A stretch of 64,000 nt of DNA from the IMG/VR virus record IMGVR_UViG_3300042503_002645, positions 1 through 64,000 of that record, one strand, 5' to 3'. This document shows, one piece after another, positions 45,676 through 53,224 of this stretch. This DNA is from a virus. A program made the translations under genes and the position numbers. Within the stretch, counting starts at the first letter, position 1; every line of letters begins with the position of its first letter. The notes under the pieces are model-generated. The model had not been told where the DNA came from. It worked only from the letters and a program-made list of their open reading frames with translations, and did no database searches.

Positions 45676-46692
45676 ATGGTCGTCATCGCCACGCCGAGCC
45701 CGTATCCGCAGGTACCGGTCCCGGACCCGCAGATCTCCAACGGGCAGCTTAACCCGGTTCCTTGCGCCACGCAGAACGTCATCAGCGCGCCCGTGTCGAC
45801 AGTGAACGGCGCCCCAGTCTACGGCCGGATGCGCGCCGTCACGTTCACGCAAGGCCAGTGCGGCGTCGTCGAGTGGCAGCTACACGACAAGGACGGGCAT
45901 CCGGTCAACCTGGAAAGCTGCGGGCTCACTGACGGCTCGCTGAGCGTGCCGGACGCGGAGTTTAGGGTCGTGCTGCGCCTCAAAGAGCAGCTCAGCATCG
46001 GAAACGCCAGGCGACCCATTGAAGTCGAGGCGCAGGTCATAGACGCGTCCGAGGGGCGTGTACAGGCCGAGATCACCAAGGGAATGACCGACCTGCCGGG
46101 TGTCTATTACGGCGAAATGGCCCTGGTGAGCGCCCAGGCCGAGGCAGCCGGACAGCCCTGTGTGATCTTCGGCAACACCTTTTCGGTGATCGTCAACCGC
46201 GGCACCTTCGGCCCGCTGGGGCAGGAAGGTGGTCCGCCGTCGATCGCCGAGATCCGCCTCCATCTTCGCGACAGCGCGCCCGGGGAGAGCTTCCTGCTCG
46301 ACAACCTGATGTTCGACGACGCGGAGATCGCGCTGGCCATCGCGCGGCCGATCATGTACTGGAACGAAACCCCGCCGCCGCTCGACGAGGTGTACAACAC
46401 CCAGAACTTCCCCTTCCGGTACCACTGGCTTGAGGGAATCTGCGCAAACTTGTTCCTGATGGTCGCCGAGCAGTTCCGCCGCAACGATTTCCAGTATTCG
46501 GCTGCGGGCCTGCAGATCAATGACCAGAACAAGGCCCAGGCCTACGAGCAGGCCGGGCAGACGCGTTGGCAGGCTTACCGGGAGTGGGTTCGGGCCACCA
46601 AGGCCACGATCAACCTCGAGAGTTGCTACGGCGAGGTCACGAGTACCTACAAGTACTCGGCCTACACCAGCGGCGCCCGGATGCGCTACTAA
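45676..46692 (+). CDS. Putative head-tail adaptor (neck) with N-terminal BppU/Ig-like domain
   Basis: D.DGHPVNL...DASEGRV....T...T.LPGVYYGE Ig-like domain, then a helical part with EIRLHLRD...FDDAEI..AI. Confidence 0.55.
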   Translation: MVVIATPSPYPQVPVPDPQISNGQLNPVPCATQNVISAPVSTVNGAPVYGRMRAVTFTQGQCGVVEWQLHDKDGHPVNLESCGLTDGSLSVPDAEFRVVLRLKEQLSIGNARRPIEVEAQVIDASEGRVQAEITKGMTDLPGVYYGEMALVSAQAEAAGQPCVIFGNTFSVIVNRGTFGPLGQEGGPPSIAEIRLHLRDSAPGESFLLDNLMFDDAEIALAIARPIMYWNETPPPLDEVYNTQNFPFRYHWLEGICANLFLMVAEQFRRNDFQYSAAGLQINDQNKAQAYEQAGQTRWQAYREWVRATKATINLESCYGEVTSTYKYSAYTSGARMRY

Positions 46693-46872
46693 AAAGTGCC
46701 AGAAACGCGGGCATATTAAGTGCCCACTGTTTTACCGTCAGGGGCCTTCCGCTTCGCATTTTGGCGCGTTAGATTCACGCCATTCTGTGAAATCGGAGGT
46801 TAGATATCTTTGACGCTCCGTGGTAGGCGTCGCGCGCTGGGCGCTCCCCAGCCCCCTGTGAAGGAGGCATCC

Positions 46873-47157
46873 GTGCCTGCGGTGCTCATAAACAAGGAGA
46901 CTGCGCTGGCCGTCAAGGCGGCGCGGCGCATCAACGAGTCGACAAAAGGCGAACTCGTGACGATAGCTCGACAAAAGGCCGCGACCGACACGCTCGAGGA
47001 GGTAGGCGCGGGTCTGGCGGGCGCCATTCGCCTCGTTTACGCGCCAGCGGTCGTGCTCGCCCCGCCGCCGATCGTGACGATGCTGAATGCGTTCATGGCA
47101 AAAGTCGATTGGGAGATTGTCGCCGAGAAGCTCGTCATTCGCCCGGAGGACAACTGA
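46873..47157 (+). CDS. Small hypothetical protein (C-terminal VDW motif)
   Basis: AAGGAGG RBS, GTG start; ends KVDWEIVAEKL. Confidence 0.6.
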   Translation: MPAVLINKETALAVKAARRINESTKGELVTIARQKAATDTLEEVGAGLAGAIRLVYAPAVVLAPPPIVTMLNAFMAKVDWEIVAEKLVIRPEDN

Positions 47158-47435
47158 TGGCCGCAGCTAAGCTAAACGAGATGTCGATGATTGTCCTGAA
47201 CTGGATCCGCGAGATGGACGAGGAGCCGGGCGGCACACTCCGCGAGATCGCTGAAAGCGCGGGCGTGACCGAAGACCCCGAACGGCTGGGGCAAAGAATG
47301 AAAGAAGCCCTCATGCTGTTCAATTTGCCGTTTCAGGCGATTGCCCCGGCGTTTCTCAAAGACGCCACCGCGTACTGCCTTGAGCAGGTCGATTGGACGG
47401 GCGTGGCGCGCCAGCGCATGGCGGAGACCGCCTGA
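47157..47435 (+). CDS. Small hypothetical protein (C-terminal VDW motif)
   Basis: GGAGG RBS, TGATG overlap; ends QVDWTGVARQRM. Confidence 0.6.
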   Translation: MAAAKLNEMSMIVLNWIREMDEEPGGTLREIAESAGVTEDPERLGQRMKEALMLFNLPFQAIAPAFLKDATAYCLEQVDWTGVARQRMAETA

Positions 47436-47457
47436 TTGCTCGCCCTATCACGGAAAG

Positions 47458-47497
47458 CGCTGGCGCCGCCCTTCGGGGCGGTGTCAGCGTCTTTCTT
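47458..47497 (+). terminator. Intrinsic terminator
   Basis: CGCTGGCGCCGCCC-TTCG-GGGCGGTGTCAGCG followed by TCTTTCTT. Confidence 0.75.
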
Positions 47498-47529
47498 AGA
47501 TATCAGCGCTCCCCGGATACAATAATGCT

Positions 47530-48786
47530 ATGTCGAGCTTCAAGCGCCTATTCCCGTTCCGCCAGGTTTCCGTGGACCACATGGTTCGCGGCGTGACCCG
47601 CGTCTGGTGGCAGCTCGAGCCCGCTTTCAATGACCCGGGGCCGCACGTCTTTCAGCTCCAGTACGGCAACACCCCGCTGAACGACACGACTGATTGGCGC
47701 AATGTCGGCAGCCCGATCACCGACGGCTATGTGGCCTACGACGACGTCTGGCGCGCCGCAGGGGGCGATCTGGTAACGCATTACCGGCTGACCCTGACAA
47801 CCCCCAAGGACGTCTACATCAGCGCGCCGGTGAACTGCTTTGGCGAGCTGGCCGAGCGCGACTGGAACATTGCCCGGGAGATCATCCGCAAGGAACAGCT
47901 CCGTCACCGGTACGTCTCAGTTTCGGGCTACCTGATCAAGCCGTATCGTTTCGGCCGCCCCTGTACGCGCTGCCGCGATCAGCTGACCGGCGAAGTTCTG
48001 GATTCGAACTGCCCGGTCTGCTCGGGCACCGGCTTCGAAGTGGGTTATCACCCGGCGCTGCCACTCCAGTGCTGGGACGTCGAGCCGTACACCATCGAGG
48101 AAGACCAGGACGTTAACGCCCTGGGCACAACCCGGTCGAAGCACATGACCAAGGCCCGGGTGGTCGGCTTTCCGACGCTCAACACCAACGACATCTGGGT
48201 CAACGGCACAAGCGACGAGCGCTGGATTATTCACTCGATCAAGGTGGCTGCGGCGATCCGGGGCGTGCCGCTGATTTATGAAGTCGAGATGGGCTTGGTG
48301 CCGCTGACCAACGCTATCTACGCCCTCGAGGTCGGCGGCGAGCCCCCGGAACGACCGGGCCCCACGCTGCCAATCGTCGGCTGCGGCTCGGTGACCATCG
48401 ACCACAATTACGGCGGCGTTGATAACCTGGCCTACCTCGACGCTACCGGGTATCCCGTGGTGGGCGCCGCGGTGTACCTGTTTCCCAAAGATATCTTTGA
48501 GGCCGCCACGCCTGCGCTGCCTAACCGCGAGCTTGCCGTTGCCGGAACGTTTACACGCACCAATGGGCGCTGGCAGGACGCCGTGCGTGTGCCGCCTGGC
48601 GAATATGTTGTGCTGTACGAATACCCCGGCGCATGGGGCCCGGACCACGAGCACATTACAGCCGTCGAATCTGATGAGGGCAGTTCACAAGCCTGGCTGC
48701 CGATGATGGCCCCGCCGCCGGTGTCGCGGTGCAAACCCCGTAACACCGCCTCCCAGCGCTCCGACAATGATTTTTGGAACTTCTAG
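47530..48786 (+). CDS. Putative head-closure/neck protein with zinc finger
   Basis: CTRC......NCPVCSGTGF.VGY motif and beta-rich core; position between adaptor and tail terminator. Confidence 0.55.
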   Translation: MSSFKRLFPFRQVSVDHMVRGVTRVWWQLEPAFNDPGPHVFQLQYGNTPLNDTTDWRNVGSPITDGYVAYDDVWRAAGGDLVTHYRLTLTTPKDVYISAPVNCFGELAERDWNIAREIIRKEQLRHRYVSVSGYLIKPYRFGRPCTRCRDQLTGEVLDSNCPVCSGTGFEVGYHPALPLQCWDVEPYTIEEDQDVNALGTTRSKHMTKARVVGFPTLNTNDIWVNGTSDERWIIHSIKVAAAIRGVPLIYEVEMGLVPLTNAIYALEVGGEPPERPGPTLPIVGCGSVTIDHNYGGVDNLAYLDATGYPVVGAAVYLFPKDIFEAATPALPNRELAVAGTFTRTNGRWQDAVRVPPGEYVVLYEYPGAWGPDHEHITAVESDEGSSQAWLPMMAPPPVSRCKPRNTASQRSDNDFWNF

Positions 48787-48940
48787 CGCCGCCCGATAGC
48801 GCCTGCCGAGTTAACCGGGTATCGTATGGATAAAGACAAAGCGAAAAAGCTCCGCCTGCAGCCGCCACGGATGGCGATGCACCATAAGCCGATACGCATG
48901 CTTCCGGTCATGAAGTTGCCGGAACCCGACGCAGCAAAGG

Positions 48941-49663
48941 ATGGCTTGCGTGAGTACTTGCGACGACACGCCAAACCCGCCGGAAATTGAGGCGCTGTAC
49001 CCTGAAGGGAGCACGCCGGAGCCGCGCCTGGACAAGGTGAGCGCGCTGTGCTCCTACGGCATGCGGCCGCACGTTATGACCGGCCTGCTGCGGCAGCTGT
49101 TGCTGGCGCATTTCTCCGACCCGGAGAACATCGAGGAACCGCGTGTGCGCCGCCAGCTCGAGCAGATCGGCATGTGGCGCCCCAGCGATAACGGTTTGAA
49201 CGCCGGTGGTATTTTGATAGAAAGTATCACACGCTGGCAGCCCGCAACTGCCGATAAGCGCCCGGCCATTCTGCTCCGCAGAAACGGCTGGCGCTGGCAG
49301 CGGCAAGGTATCGGCGACAAGGCACAAACGAACGCGTACGAGGGGTCGACGCACTACGCCGGGTTGTGGGAAGGCAGCCATACGCTGTTCTGCCTGTGCC
49401 CCAGCGGCGCCGAAACTGAGTTGCTGGCCACGGAGGTCGTTAAGTTTTTACACTCCTTCGCGCCCTGGATTCGCGAGCAAATGAACCTTTTCCGGTTCTT
49501 TGTCAGCGAAGTTGGCGGGGTCAGCGAAGTTCAAGAAGCGTTGCAGGGCTACGCCGTACCTGTAACCGTTGCATACATGGCCGAGGAAGCCTGGCAGCTC
49601 CAGCCGTATGCGCCGCGCCTCAAGCGGATTGTCTTTAAGGCGACTGACCTGTTGTCGTACTAA
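48941..49663 (+). CDS. Putative tail terminator/tail completion protein
   Basis: RPAILLRR and C....AETE.LA.EV; directly precedes the sheath. Start may be GTG 48950. Confidence 0.55.
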   Translation: MACVSTCDDTPNPPEIEALYPEGSTPEPRLDKVSALCSYGMRPHVMTGLLRQLLLAHFSDPENIEEPRVRRQLEQIGMWRPSDNGLNAGGILIESITRWQPATADKRPAILLRRNGWRWQRQGIGDKAQTNAYEGSTHYAGLWEGSHTLFCLCPSGAETELLATEVVKFLHSFAPWIREQMNLFRFFVSEVGGVSEVQEALQGYAVPVTVAYMAEEAWQLQPYAPRLKRIVFKATDLLSY

Positions 49664-49753
49664 GGAAAATTCACACACCGTGTCGTGACAACTGATTTTT
49701 TTTGATCACGTTGCGTGGGTTATACTGAGCCCGTCGCACCGTTCACGACATTT

Positions 49754-49767
49754 AGGCATGGAGGCCT
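49754..49767 (+). promoter_or_regulatory. ANGGAN-hexaloop hairpin over sheath RBS
   Basis: AGGC-ATGGAG-GCCT before ATG 49773; AT-rich upstream region with TATACT at 49721-49726. Confidence 0.55.
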
Positions 49768-49772
49768 GACGC

Positions 49773-52595
49773 ATGTCGAGCTACGTCAAACCACAAGTTC
49801 TCGTTTTCCAGGAATTCACGATCGTCCCGACGGAGATCACTGAGCCGCTGCGCGCTCACATCTCCGGCCCGCACGCGGTCCTCCATCGCTACAGCGATGC
49901 TGACGAGAAGCCGCTGTGCCGTCTCGGTGCCTACGACTACCTGAGCGATACCTGCTATCCGTGGCCCGGGCGCCTGGCAGGTTCTCGTATCGACCAGAGC
50001 TACACGAAGCTCTACGTCGACAACGCGCTGCTTCGCTACTACGAGCACACGATCGGCCAGGTCGCCACCACGGTTACGGCCGTCGAGGGCCGCTCGAACT
50101 GGATCTACGCCGACGGCCTCGCGTTCAAGAGCAACGGCTCGGCTTACTCGCGCAGCGCCGTCTTCAACGACCGCGACGTTCAGCTGGGCGACGTGGTCCA
50201 CCTCCGCACGGTGAGCCAGGACGACGACTGCGCCGAGGTCACCCTCGAAACGATCGTGACGGGTTTTGCGAGCGAGACGGTCGCCGCCACGGTTGGCACC
50301 GCTCGTGTTGACGACAGCAACGAAGCAACCAATGCGTCGACGACGGCCACGATCAACAAGATCGCCGGGCCCGACAACTGCATCGTCGCTTCGGTCGACG
50401 CGTCGGGTTACGACGGTCTCGCCGACGGCGACATCGAAGAAGAGTACACGATCGAGGTCATCAAGAGCTCGGTGCCCGGCTGCCCCGGCGCGCGCCTGCG
50501 CGTCACTTCGGCCAGCGGCAACGACGACGTGGCCGAGGTTACGCCCGGCGATTGGGAAGAGCCCACCGCGATCGGCACCCGCGGCCTCGAGGTGACGTTC
50601 GAGTACGACCCCGATCTCACCTGCTCGACTGATGCCAGCACCGACGGCGTGGAGCCCGACGTGCTTGCAGTCGGCCAGAAGTGGGTGGTCACGGTGAGCC
50701 AGCAGTTCACCGCGGTCAAGGCGACCTCGGGCGGCACTTACGCGGGTGACAAGAACGACGTTTACGTCGTGGAATGCACCAAGGGCGGCCTGTGGGCTGA
50801 TCTCCCCGAGATCACTGTTCGCACCGTCAAGGGCCTCGACTTCTCCGGCCCGACCGAGGTGACCAACCACAACGTGTTCATCGACGTCGGTTCGAACAAC
50901 GTGGAGATCAAGTTCCACGGCAACACGGTCGGTTCGTCGGTCGGCGGTCTGCGCAAGGGCGACAAGTGGTACATCACGGTCACGTCGAGCCAGGCAGGCG
51001 CTGTCCGCAAGCTCATCCTCCGCGATGACCTTCCGGCCGAGATGCAGTCTGCGTCCGACATGGATCTGCGGCTCTACATCAAGGACAACATCCAGGTGTC
51101 GCTGAATCGGGTTGGGTACGCTCCGGCGACCAACTACGCGCAGGAAGCCACCCAGATCTGCGTCCACGAGGGCATCGTCGCCTACCACCCCGAGTGGACC
51201 GACGGCGGCGCCGAGCAGCCCCTCGAAGTGCGAGCTGGTGATTTGTACGTCGAGTATCGCGAATGGCTCAGCGAGCTGGCCGACGAGGTCAACTCGATCA
51301 GCGACGTGGCGGACCTCGACCAGATCAAGGGCCAGATTCACCCCGACAACCCGCTGAAGTACGGCGTCTTCAAGGCGCTGGCCAACAGCAACGGCACCGT
51401 GGTGAAGTACACCGCTGTGGCAAACCCCGATGACCTCAACAGCTGGGTCCAGGTGCTCGAGCGGATCAAGGGTCGCGACGACATGTACAACCTTGTCCCG
51501 CTGACCTTCGACCGTCGCGTTCACAACCTGTACGCGGCACACATCGGCGCCGAGAGCAACGAGATCTCCAACAACTGGAAGAGCGGATTCTTCTCTCTCC
51601 AGGCTGTGTCGCGAAAGAAGGTCGTCGGCGAGGGCGCGGCGATCGCGGGCGTTTCGGGTAGCACGATCACCGACCCGGTGCTCGCGACGCTCGCAGACGA
51701 CCCGAACGCCACGGGTGACAACCAGTTCACGCTTCTGCAGGTGTCCGACGGATCGGGTTACTTCGTCACCAACGGCGTTCAGCCCGGCGACGTGGTCCGG
51801 TACCTCTACACCGTGGACGGTTTCGGCGAAGAGCAGTACCAGGAGTTCGTGGTCGACTCGGTGATTTCCGAGAACTCGCTCCTGCTCTACTCCGGCGCCG
51901 ACGCCGCAGTCACCGAGCCGCAGCGGGTCGAGATCTACCACAACCTCAACCGCAACGAGATCGCGGATGACATCGCCACGCAGGCCGGTTCGCTTTCGAA
52001 CCGCCGGGTGTGCGCGGTGTGGCCGGATCAGGTGGGCGAGGCGGGCACGCTCGTGGCGGGTTATTACCTGGCTTCGGCGCTCGCGGGCCTGGCCTCGGGC
52101 GTGGTCCCGCAGCAGGGGCTCACGAACGTGGAAGTGGCGGGCTTCGACGACTTCACTCGCAGCTACAAGTTCTTCAACGAGACCCAGCTGAACCGCATGG
52201 CGGAAGCAGGAGTGTGGATCGTGACGGAGGATCGGGACGGCACGCCGCACTCGCGGCACGCGTTGACGACGGACAACCTCGACCTGAACCGTCGGGAAGA
52301 GATGATTCGTCGCAACGTGGACTCGATCTCGTACCTCTTCCTGCGGCGTCTGCGCCCGTACATCGGTCGCACCAACGCCACGCCAGCGATGGTCAGCCTG
52401 CTCGAGGATGAGGTCACGGCACTGATCGACTTCTTCAAGACCAACGGAGCGACGGCCGAACTCGGCGCGCAGCTCATCGACGGTTCGATTCGCATCCTGC
52501 GCATCCACCCGTTGCTCAGCGATCGGATCGAGATCGTGCTCGATCTGACGGTCCCGGCACCGCTCAACAACATCGAACTCCACCTTGTTGTCTGA
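49773..52595 (+). CDS. Contractile tail sheath protein
   Basis: N-terminal YVKPQVLVFQE; C-terminal sheath core with GLTN..V.GF, REE...RNVD.I, YIGR.N and V..PLNNIELHLVV. Confidence 0.85.
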   Translation: MSSYVKPQVLVFQEFTIVPTEITEPLRAHISGPHAVLHRYSDADEKPLCRLGAYDYLSDTCYPWPGRLAGSRIDQSYTKLYVDNALLRYYEHTIGQVATTVTAVEGRSNWIYADGLAFKSNGSAYSRSAVFNDRDVQLGDVVHLRTVSQDDDCAEVTLETIVTGFASETVAATVGTARVDDSNEATNASTTATINKIAGPDNCIVASVDASGYDGLADGDIEEEYTIEVIKSSVPGCPGARLRVTSASGNDDVAEVTPGDWEEPTAIGTRGLEVTFEYDPDLTCSTDASTDGVEPDVLAVGQKWVVTVSQQFTAVKATSGGTYAGDKNDVYVVECTKGGLWADLPEITVRTVKGLDFSGPTEVTNHNVFIDVGSNNVEIKFHGNTVGSSVGGLRKGDKWYITVTSSQAGAVRKLILRDDLPAEMQSASDMDLRLYIKDNIQVSLNRVGYAPATNYAQEATQICVHEGIVAYHPEWTDGGAEQPLEVRAGDLYVEYREWLSELADEVNSISDVADLDQIKGQIHPDNPLKYGVFKALANSNGTVVKYTAVANPDDLNSWVQVLERIKGRDDMYNLVPLTFDRRVHNLYAAHIGAESNEISNNWKSGFFSLQAVSRKKVVGEGAAIAGVSGSTITDPVLATLADDPNATGDNQFTLLQVSDGSGYFVTNGVQPGDVVRYLYTVDGFGEEQYQEFVVDSVISENSLLLYSGADAAVTEPQRVEIYHNLNRNEIADDIATQAGSLSNRRVCAVWPDQVGEAGTLVAGYYLASALAGLASGVVPQQGLTNVEVAGFDDFTRSYKFFNETQLNRMAEAGVWIVTEDRDGTPHSRHALTTDNLDLNRREEMIRRNVDSISYLFLRRLRPYIGRTNATPAMVSLLEDEVTALIDFFKTNGATAELGAQLIDGSIRILRIHPLLSDRIEIVLDLTVPAPLNNIELHLVV

Positions 52596-52616
52596 GAATT
52601 TTAGGAGAACACACAC

Positions 52617-53090
52617 ATGGCTTTGAGTGCATTCGCGGCAGGCAACGGCAAGGACCAGTTCTTCAACGGGGCCTTCCGCGCCGACGATGTCCGGCTGAAC
52701 TGGCTGGGCAGCGGGGCCAAGGAAGGGGCGCTGGTGCAGAGCGCGCAGTGGCAGTGCCAGCGGACCGTGAACTTCCTTTACGAGATCGGTTCGACGGCGG
52801 TCTATTACGTCGGCAATCGTCGCCAGGGCAACGCGAATTTCACGCGCGTTGTGGCTGGCAGCGCGACGTTCAAGAACATGGTCAAGAAGTTTGGCAACCT
52901 CTGCGCGCCGGACAACTTGATCCTCGACGCGAAGCAGGCGGCCTGCAAGGGCGGCGCTGTTTCGGGCGGCGGCGTGAAGTACACGCTCGTCAGCGCCACG
53001 CTGACGACTGTGGGCGGAAGCGTTACCGCGCAGGACATCGTGATCAACGAACAGCTCGGATTTATGTTCGTCGACCTCTACTACGTGTAA
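52617..53090 (+). CDS. Tail tube protein
   Basis: 157 aa directly after the sheath; LVQ......R.V..LYEIGS...YYV and INE...FMF pattern. Confidence 0.8.
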   Translation: MALSAFAAGNGKDQFFNGAFRADDVRLNWLGSGAKEGALVQSAQWQCQRTVNFLYEIGSTAVYYVGNRRQGNANFTRVVAGSATFKNMVKKFGNLCAPDNLILDAKQAACKGGAVSGGGVKYTLVSATLTTVGGSVTAQDIVINEQLGFMFVDLYYV

Positions 53091-53125
53091 GCGTAGCGGG
53101 CGGCGAGCTGGCAAGCTGAACCACG

Positions 53126-53157
53126 AACGGCGGTTGCGCTTTGCGCAGCCGCCGTTT
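53126..53157 (+). terminator. Stem-loop after tail tube
   Basis: AACGGCGGTTGCGC-TTT-GCGCAGCCGCCGTT with a short T tail. Confidence 0.55.
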
Positions 53158-53224
53158 ACGGTATTAGGCGTCGCTATGGCGCCTGGGGCCTTCGGGCCCG
53201 TAACCACACCATTTGGTGGACAAT

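Noticed and set aside
48826-48990. 54-aa basic ORF (MDKDKAKKLRL...) filling the gap before the tail terminator gene
   Set aside because: No clear RBS or motif, and it overlaps the next gene. Possible but unsupported.
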